A stretch of DNA of 64,000 nucleotides from Vitrella brassicaformis CCMP3155 (taxonomy: Eukaryota > Protista > Chromerida). Position numbers and translations under genes: made by a program. The DNA is taken from NCBI GenBank assembly GCA_001179505.1, contig CDMY01000481.1:4253-68252 (forward strand). The letters are read 5' to 3'. The notes under the pieces were generated by a model. The model worked only from the letters and a program-made list of their open reading frames with translations, was not told the DNA's origin and ran no database searches. Shown here piece after piece: positions 11,955 through 23,709 of this stretch (position 1 is the first letter of the stretch; the number at the start of each line of letters is the position of its first letter).

Positions 11955-12936
11955 GAGTGTACGCGTATGTGCTGTGCTTCTGTGTCATGTCAGTTTGAGG
12001 GTTATCTGCCCCTCGGTTCCCACAGTTTCTCGAATCTCACCACCATCGTAGCCGCCAACATCGGTGCGCACGCAACACACACGCAAACGCTTTTCATGTA
12101 TGCTTCATCGGTCGTCAGGCTGACTGCCATGCTGGACCGCCCCTCTGGTGGCCCGGCGTACCCGAACGTTCGTTATCTGGACCTCGACTCCAATCGTCTC
12201 AACACGTCCATCAACCTGACGTTGTTCCCCAACCTCCGTCAGGCCGACTTTAGTAACAACCGCATCCCGGGATTCATCGGCAACGGATCCATGCCCAAAT
12301 CGTAAGCGACATACAGAGAGATGAGGATATAGCGACAGGTGTTTGCCTGTCAGGTTGTGGTACTTGAGTTTGGCGGACAACCTGCTGACTGCCCTGCCGG
12401 AGGGCTTCCGCTCCATGCCGAACCTACTGTCGCTGAATCTCGCCAACAATCGCATCAGCCAGTGGCCCACATGGGGGTCGACACCACCAGGATTATGCAT
12501 GGGGGATTTTCTCAGTAAGTTCTTGGAATATACAGGCGAGCAGGCGGTCGTGTTCTCTCTGTGACGATGCGGTAGGCTTGGATATTGTGAAAGATCATGA
12601 TCCCCCGCCGGACTGGGGCAGCCTGACCTACTTCGACGTCTCCAACAATCCCATCAACACAGACGTGACCGCATTCCTGATGCCCCTCAAATGGCAGAGA
12701 AGGTAAAACAATACACAGACGCATTAATACACAGACATGGCATCTGTGGTCGCTGGAATGCATCTGTCTGATCTCCTCGTGTGCGTCAGTTTGACGGTGC
12801 TGGGTGCATCGAACTGCAGTCTTTACGGCCCCATGAATTGCGAGGCTTTCACGACATTCGAGGTTGCGAAGGTTGCGGGCCTGATGGACCAAGGCATACC
12901 GGTAACCACACGCATACACACGCGCACGCGCGCGCG

Positions 12937-12984
<48 letters not shown>

Positions 12985-15900
12985 AGTGCAGAGGACTTTC
13001 CTGTGTGCGTGTGTGGTGTGTGCAGGTGACAGCTTCAATCTGGTCGTTTCCTAACCTCTTTTTTTTGTATCTGAGGGACAATCGCATCACGGCCATCGAC
13101 ACGGGCGGCGTGCAGCTGGAACTCTACCACATCGACTTTTCCAACAACTCGCTTGTGAGCGTGGCGAGCGGCGACTGGAGTTTCTTCGACGTCCTGCATG
13201 CAAGGTTCACGGAGAACCCAGACTTGAGGCACGACTCGGTCCACCCCATACCGATTGAGGTAAGAAAATGGCGGGTTGTATGCGCTGCAGGCGATGGCGG
13301 TGTATCATCCTCTGTGTGTGTGTTTGTATGTCTCTCAGAAGTGTCAGGATTTGCGTCAGAACTTCAACGAGATGAGCATACCGAGACCACTGGTGCCCGA
13401 CCCGCAGGGTGGGTAACACAGCACAGCACACGCAGACGTCCACTGCCATCGTGATAACGCCTATGCATGCTTGATGCAGGATATTCGGTGCGTACGTTGG
13501 ACAACGGCGAGGAGCGTTTCGAGTGCACCGAGTTCTGCTCCACATTCAACAAAATCGAGGTCAGTGATCAGCCAGCCAGCAAAACAAGCTCGCGTACAGT
13601 CATTGTGCTCGGTGTGCGCACAGGTCGACTACACCATCAACTCGGATGCGCTGTGCCGCTGTCTGCCCGGCTACGAGGGCACGGGGGCCAACTGTACCAA
13701 GTGCCCACGGAACACATACTCCAACAGAGATTACGGCACACGAACCTGCAAACAATACCCCGATGATGCAGGTCAGCAGCATTTGACCGCTTCCGACTAT
13801 ATACACGATTGGATTTAATTGTCCAGGTTCTGCCGAGGGGTCAGCTGCATGTTACTGTCGTCTTGGATACGAGAGGGGCGAGGAGCCGTGCGAGCCGTGT
13901 ACAGAAGGGTCTGTTGGCGTGCAGAAGCGCGGTAACAACGGCAGCCGCGCCACGTGGATCTGCCAAGACTGTTTGCCGGGATTGAACTGCTCCATTCCCG
14001 TCAACTACAATGCGAATGTGCTGCCGGGCTTCTTCCAACTTACTGTCCAGCTGCAATCTGAGAATTCATCTCACAACGCCGCACGAGAAGTGACAACGTA
14101 AGAATGAAAGGCAAGAAAGGCTAGTGCTGAGCAGGCAAGTGAGTGGGATTTTGGTGTCTCTTAGATATGGCGCTAGATTGACTCTGTTGCCGATAGTGGT
14201 ACCGTGTCCATTGCGGTCGGCCTGCATAGGCACCAACAAGACGAATGGACTCAATATATGCTCGGTAAGAGCCAATTGCATCATTGTGAGAGCCGCCATT
14301 TTTATATTCTTGCCTTGTCTGCGTTTCAGGAAGGGCATGAGGGTTTTGCATGCAACCGGTGCAAGGCGGCTTTCTCGCGTCAGACGCCCCTGCAGCCGTG
14401 CACCCCATGTGCCCGACTGTGGCAGATTGTGATAGTCAACGTGTTGCTTGTGGTCGCCATTCTGATGGCCATCTTCTTACTCACCGCGCTCGCGGAAAGG
14501 TCAGCACGCAGCCATGTACCTATCACGGAGGCCCGCTAATCGATCGACCCCCGTGCTGTCTGGGTGTGTGTCTGAGTACAGAGCGGCGGCATCCTCCCGC
14601 GCTGAGGTCCCCTCTCAGCTGATCAAAATTGGACTCTCACATATTACCGCTGTAAGCGAAGACAGACACAGACTACGGACTCGCGTTCCTTCTGTTACTT
14701 TTCTGCTGTCGGTGTGAGTGCAGGTGTGTGGTCTGCCTTTCTCGTGTTCGACGAGTCCCTAGGGGGCGACCAGATATCCTCACTTGTCGGTCCCTTCTTC
14801 GGATGGAGTGGCGGCGTGCCTGAGTCGTATCAGGTGTGGGAGTGTCTGCTGAGGGATTCCTTGGGCGACAAATGCGTGTTGTATCGGCATGCTATCTGGC
14901 TGGCGCTACCACTTGTCTGGCTCACCATTGTGCCCCTCATTGGTAACCACACAGACATTCTAGAGGCCGATGATTTGTGGTCATTTCTGGCTCGTGTCAT
15001 GGCTGCAGCGAGCGGGTTTGATCGAGTGCGTGATGCCTGCAAGTCAAGCTGGCGCATTGGCACCGACGAGTCGAGCTCAAAGCCTCCATCCGTAACCACT
15101 GGCAAAGCAGACACAGCCGCCGCACACGGCCCTCACCAGCGATCGGTCACATTCCAGGAGGCCTCACGAACCGAGCCCGTGACACCACCCTCCTGCCAGC
15201 CTTCTTTGGCGAAGCCCCGCAAGAGCGGCCGACGGCGGCAGTGGCTCGACAGCCGGGGCACCATGATGGTCGTAATCCTCACGTTCATCCATCCCACCGT
15301 GACCAAGAGCATGCTGGCCCTCCTGCGCTGTCGATGGTATCCCTATGTGGACGATGTCATACCTATCGCCTGAGAAGAGAGTGTCAGTCTGCTGCCCACT
15401 GACCCGATGGATGACATGCGGCCCCGAATGGACCTCGATTCTCATGTCGTCTGCCGATCGGCCGAACACGTCCCGTTCCTGTGGATTGCCGTGGCTGGTC
15501 TATTGCTGTGGACATTCGCGCCTGTGGTATGTGGCGTGGCGTTTCTGTGGCGGCATAGAGAGGGCCTGCAGGACTATCACACTCGAAGGCGAGTGGGCTT
15601 CCTCTATATGGGCTATCGCAAGAACTTCTACTGTTGGGACGCTGTCCTTGCCATGAGGCGTGTATTGGTTCTGGTGATCGCACAACTGGCAACTGGGCAG
15701 CCCCGCGGACAGCTGCTTGGCTGGACGGTCGTCGCCGCTGTGTGTCTGGCGCTGCAACTCACCGTGTGGCCGTTCGATCGAGGCAGCATGGACATCCTCA
15801 ATGTGACGGAGATGCGTGGATTGATGGTGTGGCTCATGTCGCTGTTCATCATGCGCTTTGTTGTTATGCTATTCGAGAGGATTTCTCGGGAGCTGACGAT

Positions 15901-16402
15901 CGGCCTTGTGCTCGTGGTCATAATTGCCAACTTGGTGCACTACATCATCCTGGCGGCGCAGATATGTCGGTATGGTCTGCTGCAAGTGGGCTACAGATAC
16001 ACGGCACTCACCGACTACAATAAGGCTCTCGGTGGGCAATATGGACGAGCACAGAACTATCATTCACTGTTCCATCTGCCCGCGTGTGGCCTCTCATATT
16101 GTTGCAACTCGCGTGATGTCTGGTTGGGTGACGGGGCCTCTTTTGTCGTGGCTCATTCGCAGAGAGGAGGACAGACGGCGAGTCGCACCCAAAGTCTTCT
16201 ATGACTGGTCCAGTGCGGCCCTCTCTGCCGACGGCCCCCTTGCTGCATCAAGGCGGTGCCATCCGTTTGTCCGCCGTCCGGTGCATCGTGTGGTGACGGC
16301 CATGGAGCTGACGTCAGCCGCCGTGAGGGAAGCTATCGAGGCACTCAAACTCACACACGTGCCCGGCGACTTGTAAGCACACACACGCCCCCCCCCCCCC
16401 CC

Positions 16403-16701
16403 NNNNNNNNNNNNNNNNNNNNNNNNNNNNNNNNNNNNNNNNNNNNNNNNNNNNNNNNNNNNNNNNNNNNNNNNNNNNNNNNNNNNNNNNNNNNNNNNNN
16501 NNNNNNNNNNNNNNNNNNNNNNNNNNNNNNNNNNNNNNNNNNNNNNNNNNNNNNNNNNNNNNNNNNNNNNNNNNNNNNNNNNNNNNNNNNNNNNNNNNNN
16601 NNNNNNNNNNNNNNNNNNNNNNNNNNNNNNNNNNNNNNNNNNNNNNNNNNNNNNNNNNNNNNNNNNNNNNNNNNNNNNNNNNNNNNNNNNNNNNNNNNNN
16701 N
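16403..16701. other. Assembly gap (N run) flanked by poly-C
   Basis: Run of N inside an intron of LRR gene copy 1. Confidence 1.
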
Positions 16702-18549
16702 NCCCCCCCCCCACCACCAGCATGGACAGCAAATGATCTGTCTATGTGTGTGTGTCTGGCGGTTTGATCAGCCATGAGTTTCTGTGGAGCCATGCCTTCC
16801 TGGTGCAGAGCCTGCGGCAGAAACGAGTGGAGATGCGCAGTCGCACACGGGACCAAGTGGTCGTCCACCTGCCAAAACCTGATGACAGCAGCGCCACCGT
16901 AAGTAATACAACAAGTGAGGACCCGTCCCGGCTGCATGTATCTCTGCTTGGCTGGGCAGAAATTGCGGGACATGAAGACTGCCGACCTGTCGGACGCCTT
17001 TCTCAACCAATGCTCCACCAAAGGTCACAATTGTTACTTGATCGATTCGTGTCGTCATGTGATGGTGATGTCTTCAGTGTCTTCAGTGTCGACTCGACCA
17101 GAGGCCGGCAAGACGTTCAGTGATGTGCGTGTTACTCAGCCGGGGGCATCTCACATCGACACACAGCCGGCAGACAGGTCCGCACCCCACACATGAATGG
17201 CCATGAAGTGTATCTGTCTGTCTGTTTGTGTATCGTGTTAGCGCTGATGTGTCCCCGGGCATCACACTGCACGACCTGCAGGCCAACTTGTGCCATGTGG
17301 TGGACGAACTGGTCAGCAGAGAGCAGCTGTACCAGCCTTCTTTGCGAGCGGCCGCCGATGGCAGTGATTTCGAGAAGGCCGACACCGAGGCATCGATAGA
17401 CCACCAGCAGCACACTGGCGGCTGGCGGGGGCTCTATGAGGCGTTTCGAAAGGCCAAACGAACGCTCATCGAGAAGGGCAGCCGACCGGTCAGTCAGAGA
17501 GAAACCCACGTGTGTCTTCGAGTCTGTGTATACTCATCTGAGCTGTTTGTTCTATTGAATGCAGGAGACCATCCCGGAGGTCATCGCGAGCCTCGCGCCC
17601 ACCGTGCTGGAGACGCCATGTGGCGATACAGCAGAGGACGTGCCGATGAGTGGTGGGTCGTCGCCCGTCAGCTCGACCCAATCGGGGCAGAGAGACCCCC
17701 ACACCTCCGCCCTCACGCCCCCCTGTCATACTCTCATGCGTGTCGATTGGCATCGGCTGAGCAGTGATGAGGACAGCGTGGCATTATCTCTGTCAGCCGA
17801 GGCCGTCTATGATGCAGTGGCCGCCATGTCGTCATGGTCGTCATCGTCGCGATCGACCAGACCGAAATTCTTCTCGGTCGTCACTACACACACAATCATG
17901 AAACGTGCCATGGACATCGATGTATACGTGTCTGTGCGTATGTTGACAGGTCGGTGCTCACTTACCGGTTTGTTTGTATGGTGCGTGCAGCGGCCTTTCT
18001 TCATCGTGTGCAGCCGATTGATGATCTATTTGCCAGATGCGTCGTAGTCGACGTGTGTACTGTAGCTAAGTCAGAGGCTACCGTTGTTTGTGGTTTGTGT
18101 ATGTGTGTGCTGTGAATGAGTGAGTGAGGGCGCATTCCTTTTGTGCCTGTCTGTCGAGGGCAATCGATACACTCGATCTGCCCACGCATACGTAGTGGAT
18201 CGATCGGGTGTAGTGTACGTTTTATGACTGGCTCGGTCATCTAGAGGACTGACTTAGGTGCATACAGACAGTTGTAGCAGGCAGCTTCCTGGCTTTTGTA
18301 GTAAAAGAGGATCGGACGAATGTGGATAGACTTCCGGACGATGCAGACATTCATCTGCCAGTCAACCATGAATGACACTCATGCACACAAGCCACCTAGT
18401 CCACACGCTCGACACGAGCACGCACAGACATGAACACGCAGCAGCAACCGAAACACGCACAGACAGTGACAGACAGACAGACAGACAGACATGGATATAC
18501 GAACGTATAGTACACACGCACCCATCCAACACACGTGTAGGCATGCATC

Positions 18550-21500
18550 ACCTTGCTGACTTACCAATGAGTTCGCGCAGGTCCCTTCGCGCGTTGAGTT
18601 TGACGCACAGCATGCGGGCGTTCTTAATCAGACGCATCATGCTGTGCATATTAATATTCTGCACACACGCACATACATCAATAAAAGCACGTGTCCATAA
18701 CGCGTGTCACCTGGTAAGTGAGACAGAGGCCGTCCAGCAGGCGCTGCCAACAGCCGGGCATTGAAGCCCTGCATAATTGCGTAAGTGACACAGAAATTGG
18801 CACAGGTGAGATTCATGCGTCGGTGAGACTGATCTTTGTCCGCATCTGTGTACGTGGGTACGACTTCCCAGAGTGACGACTGCACTCCCCCGCCCTCATC
18901 GTCACCCACACCCGTGCTGAACAAACAAACAACTATCACCGACACACACGCACCAATGAGTGCTCACGCGTTGATGTCATCATGTGTCGGCGGTACGTAC
19001 CTGCTGGGCCTGTGCTTCTTTGGGGGGATGTTCGTGTCGGGCACCAGATCCTAAAACCATAAGGCTGCCTGCACAGACAGAGAAGAGCATGCATGTACAA
19101 CACACGCATACATCCATCCATGTGTGCGTGAGTGCGTGAGAGCGTGGGTGCCTGTCTGATGGGTCTGTCCAGCCCCCGCGCCGTCCACTCGTGCTGGTCA
19201 TCAGTCATGCTGGGACAAACAATCCAGGAACGCTGAATACCGCAAACACACACATTTACGTGAATGAATAAACGAGTGAATGAATGGCTGTGTCGTACCC
19301 TCGTGGTCATGATCGTCGGTATGCTGCCGCTCCGCGATGGGCGGGGGGAAGGGTTTCAGCGCAATCACTGCACGCCATACACACACACACACGTGCACTG
19401 TGCACCGACCGAGAGAGCGTGCGGCGGTGTAAGGGTCTGTACGGACCTTTTTCTGTGGTGGGTTGTTAGGAAGCAGACGCACACGATACGATATACATTC
19501 ATGGACGTGGGGGGGTGTCCGTGTGCGTAGGTACCTGAGGAAGGTGACGCTTTCGGTAGGGCCTCTCAGCTCGACCGACGCTGCGGTTGAAGCCGTCAAG
19601 ACTACACAACGTACATGCAAGAAAGATCGATACATACATGTATGTGTGAGTGGGCAGGCATCTATTCACTGACCCGGCGTCCACATCGTTGCAAAACACG
19701 GTGGCCACGGCACCAACAGGATAATCCACACACGTACACCCATCCATCGATCCATCGTGCCTCTATGCTGTTCTCATCGACCTACCTGCCATTCCGGGCA
19801 TTCCGCAGCTGAGAGTCATTTTGGAGGGGACGTGTGCAGCGGGAGGTAGTAGTAGTACTGGCGCAGCCTCTGGCAGATGGGCAGGTCGCTCGCTCGCTCG
19901 CTCGCACGCTCCCACGCTCGCAAAGACATGCAGGCTGCAGACACACACTCACTCGATTAATTGAGCACGTGTGCATCAATCTCTCTAAGTGTGCATGTGT
20001 GACTACCATGTGTCTGCACTTGAGTCCGCTCATGTCACAACGCAACCCAGCCAGGAAATCAGTCAACAAAGGGGAACCTATAGATACCACACATATCACG
20101 TATGAATGTGGGTGGGTGGATGGATGGATGTGTGCATCATGGTGCCCTCTGAGTGAATGCGTACCGATCTTGATGCTCTTCTCGCACCGTTTGCGATCCT
20201 TCTCCAGCTTCTCAGCTGCCTTGGCCAGCAGAGCTCGCACCTCTGAACACACATACACACACACAAATACACGCGTACATCCGTATATGCGTACAGTGGT
20301 GCTTCTGACCTTTAGCCTGTGAGGTGTGTGCGGCCATGAGCTCATGGATGTCGGGGGAGGGGGGAGGCACAGAAGGCTGCACGCACGGACGCACAACCAT
20401 GAATGTGTTTTGTGCGCATAGAAAGATGGATGCTTGCCCCTGTGCGGCCTCGTCAAGCAAAGACTGTTATTCAGATAGAGACATGTACAGAGAGAGGTGA
20501 GGTGAGAGACGCATACACTAGTCCTGTTGGTGCGGGAGCAATGCAATTACACCCATCCACCCCCTCACCTCGTCGTGTTTCTTCCTCTTGCCGGCCGTGC
20601 TGGGGGCCGGCAGGCAAAAGTAATGTACAAATGCAGATGGATGCTGCAGGTGTGGCTGAATGGTCGATGTGTACACGTACCGTTTGTCGTTTGCGGCCGG
20701 GCGGGCTGTTGTTGTCTTGCTTGCGGGGTGCTGAGTTCGTCGTCGCCCTACTCGCCCTACCGGTGTCCAAGTATTCATATGTGTATGCAGATGGATGGAT
20801 GGATGGATGGACTCACCTTTGCAAATGCGGATGGCGGAGCCATTGGGGAGCGATTCTGTGAACATACAGGTAAGGTGCCTGTGCATGCGTATTGTATAGG
20901 CAGGCATGAGACCTCCGTCCACTCAGCCTCACACCCAACATGGTGGTTGTCGTGATCATGATCCTGGTCGTCATTCCCGCTGCAGCACACAGGCAGACAC
21001 GCAGACAAGCACACACACATGGATGGATTTGCTCCACGTGTAATACGTGTTGTGTGGGCACGTGCGCACCTGGGTGAACATCCATCTCATTCAGCACGGC
21101 GAAGGCGTTCTCGGTCGACCTGTATACGCACACATACAGACACACGTGTATGCATCCCCTCGACGGTCCGTTCGTCCGTCCATACCTCTCTCTGCTGGGG
21201 CACAAGGAGGTGGTGTTGAAGGAGGGGGTCAGGACGGACCTGGTGATCCGTGGTGTGTGGGACCGCCAGAGGGATGCATCATTCGACGTGTGCGTCACTG
21301 ACGCTGATGCTCCCTCATACGGTACTCGCCCCACGCGATCCATCCTGGCGACGCACGAGCGCAGGAAGAAGAACAAGCATGTGCGCGTCTGCGAGGATCT
21401 GTCCATGACCTTCACTCCTCTGGTCGTCACCGTCGATGGGGTGTGGGGGAGGGAGGCAGAGCACTTCTTCACCCGCTTCACTGAGCAGCTGTTGGCGAGG

Positions 21501-22342
21501 CAGGGGTAGTCAGATAGGGGGCGTGGGCGGGTGCATGGGTGGTTGTGTGCTCGTTAGTCTGTTGCATTGGTGCGGGCTGCTAGCCTGTGTTTGAGGGGCG
21601 GGAGGCAGTCATGGCGTAGTGTTGGGGCGATGGATGGGGCTGGGGTGTTCTCATCGGATGAGTGAGCGAGATCTTTGTGCATAGGCGTATGTGGATACAT
21701 TCATGTGGACGATTTGTGGACAAGCGAGTGCATGGATGCGATCGGTCAATCTTTCTCACCGAAAAAAAAACTTCACCCCTCTGTCGTCACGGTGGATGCG
21801 GGTCTTCTGTGGCCTGGCTGCCGGGGCCCCCCTGGCCCCCTGATGACGTGTGGTGGGAGGTGGGGGACCGTCGATTTGGGGTGGGCCGCGAAGAGACGTC
21901 GCCGGCGCCGCGAGACACACCACGAGGGAGAGCCCTGTTGCGGCCTATGGGTGGGAGGTAGTCAGCGCAACAAAGAGGGAATAAACACGCTTGTGGTGAG
22001 CAAGCCATCCCACGTACCTTGGAGTGAGTTGATGCGCGACCGGCTTCGTGCCATGGAGTGCCTGCTCGCCGGCATCGCACTGGGAGGCACGGGCGAGTTG
22101 CCGCTCCCAGGAGGCATGTTGGCCAGCTGCATCAGGTGCAGTTGGCTCTCCAACATGCCGATCACGCTGTTCTGCCGGACGGCCATGGGCGTCCCCTCAC
22201 TCGACGGCCGCTGCTGCTGTGGCATGTCCCGCGAGGGCGGGATGGGGCTCACAGAGGGAGGGGGTGGGGTGGATGGCCGTCTCAGGGCGGGAGATCTGTC
22301 GAACTCTTGGTCCACTTGCCGCACTTCGACAGGGTGCTGCAC
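18550..22342 (-). CDS. Multi-exon hypothetical protein (ends uncertain)
   Basis: Splice-phase-consistent exons: ~22342-22018 (..QEFDRSPALRRPSTPPPPS..INSLQ), ~21948-21793, ~21119-21070 (STENAFAVLNEMDVHP). Further exons include EVRALLAKAAEKLEKDRKRCEKSIK (~20150-20245), FCVTYAIMQGFNARLLAAP (~18690-18890) and NMHSMMRLIKNARMLCVKLNARRDLRELI (~18555-18650). No family recognised. Confidence 0.5.
21200..21770 (+). mobile_element. 3' fragment of an RLE-type non-LTR retrotransposon, antisense in an intron
   Basis: Encodes KEVVLKEG..RTDLVIRGVWDRQRDASFDVCVTDADAPSYGTRP, nearly identical to the element at 36544-38597. Shares its 3' UTR to GGTCAATCT and ends in an A-run at ~21761-21769. Confidence 0.9.
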
Positions 22343-22798
22343 TTCGACATCCCCGCATTTGCCTCGAAGATCGACCGTTTCGTCGACTCATTCATTGTCC
22401 TATACGACTACGCGCCGCCCAAGCTGCACGCGTACACACACATGCCTCTCGACATGGTTAGGTTTGGCCCGTTGCGTGAGCAATGGTGCTATCCAAGTGA
22501 GATGATGCATCAGACAGTCAAGGGATGGGTAAAGACAGGCATCTGGAAGGAGCTAGGGGCCAACACTCTGCGTTCGTCTCTGCACAGCTTTTTCTACTCT
22601 CTGTCAACCTGCAGTGAGGACTTCCAGGGCCTGCCGGCCTCTGTGGTGTGCCCTCCACTTCTGCGTGAGAGAGAGTGTGCTGGTGTGGATGTGGCGGCAG
22701 GGAGGATGCTGCGTTTGTGTGAGGATGTGGCTCATGTGCTGCTGATCGATAAGGTGCACTGGGAGGAGGGCAGAAAGATCGGGGTGACTGGCATGTGA
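22295..22798 (+). mobile_element. DNA transposase remnant (CACTA/EnSpm DUF4218-like or Plavaka-like C-terminal part)
   Basis: PKLHAYTHMPLDMVRFGPLREQWCYPSEMMHQTVKG matches the HxxxHxxxxxxxFGPxxxxWxYPxE pattern I recall for these transposase families. Not database-verified. Confidence 0.6.
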
Positions 22799-23212
22799 GA
22801 TGTGGTGGATACACTGGGTGCCTGTCGTGTTCTGTCGTTGATGGCTATCTGTCGTTTGAGTCAGTGGTAATGCTGTCTGCCGTGCCGTACATGTTCGTCC
22901 CCCTCAACCAGAAGGACACTTTCTTTCTTGTCGATAGATAAGTCAGTGTCCATCAGTCAGTGTCTGCCCGTCTGTCTGTCTGCCTGTCTGTCTGCGTGCC
23001 TGGGTGGGTGGGTGGGTGGGTGGATGGGTGTGTGTGTGTGTGTGTGTGTGTTGGTTGAGCTGCGTAGAGTAGTGCGGGATGGCATTTTGATATCGCATAT
23101 CTCTCTCTGGTCTGCCGCCCGCGTGTGTGTGTTGTGAATAGCCGTCTCGTGTACATATTACATCGGAATCGACTCAGCGTCGTCACGTAAGTGCATGTGC
23201 GTGTCAGATCTG

Positions 23213-23422
23213 CACAAAGCCGGTCTCCACACAGGCAAAACCGGTCTTCACACAGGCAAAACCGGCCTTGGCGCAGGCAAAACCGGCCTTGGCACAGGCA
23301 AAACCGGCCTTGGCACAGGGAAAACCGACTTTGTCCATTGCAAAACCGGTTTTGCCGTAGGCAAAGCTGGTTTTGTCCATTGCAAAGCTGGTGTTGGCAC
23401 AGACAAAGCTGGTTTTCGCATG
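23213..23422. repeat. 21-bp tandem repeat, about 10 units, core AAA(A/G)C(C/T)GG(T/C)(T/C)TT
   Basis: Units such as GGCAAAACCGGTCTTCACACA, GGCAAAACCGGCCTTGGCACA and TGCAAAACCGGTTTTGCCGTA. Confidence 0.85.
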
Positions 23423-23709
23423 TTGGCCCCAGTCTGCGAGCTAAGCGAGCTGGTTTTCGCTTCGAAGGTCGGCTTTCGTGGTTCAGCCCCAGTTTTCGAC
23501 CACCAACACGCTTGCCTTGTACTTACTGTACGCAGAGCTGACGCGCAGTGTGGGTGTGAGTGGACTCACCGCACGTGGCCTGCAATGGGAAAAATCCGAG
23601 GCAACCGAAGATCTGCAAGCTTAGCTCGCAGGAGAGAAAATGGGACTTTGTGCAGATCTGCTGATGAGAGGTGCGTTCGCTCATCGTATCGCATCAGACG
23701 CGTCTGCAG

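Larger units (their letters stand above)
8470..18047 (+). pseudogene. LRR / Cys-rich / multi-TM receptor-like gene, copy 1 (multi-exon, with lesions)
   Basis: Signal peptide MMSVVPHPMMILPPVVLIALCSSLVASS. Plant-type LRRs (LSGPIPAELGQLSKLRxLxLxxN). Cys-rich CRCLPGYEGTGANCTKCPRNTYS. TM region with GFLYMGYRKNFYCWDAVLAMRR. Cytoplasmic tail exons to ~18047. Lesions: 1-nt deletion at ~8626 versus copy 2, TAG at 11228-11230, in-frame TGA at 15371-15373. Confidence 0.85.

Noticed and set aside
16020-16170. Apparent frameshift between ORFs 15407-16204 and 15924-16376
   Set aside because: A GT..AG intron (~16084-16161, GC|GTGTGG..CGCAG|A) joins the frames in phase, so it was not counted as a lesion.
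11545-16777. ORFs with long X runs (11545-12051, 16199-16732, 16256-16777 and similar)
   Set aside because: Artefacts of translating N gaps.
23060-23080. TAGTG at ~23071 as the right terminus of a CACTA element
   Set aside because: A 5-mer with no matching left terminus, TIR or TSD is expected by chance.
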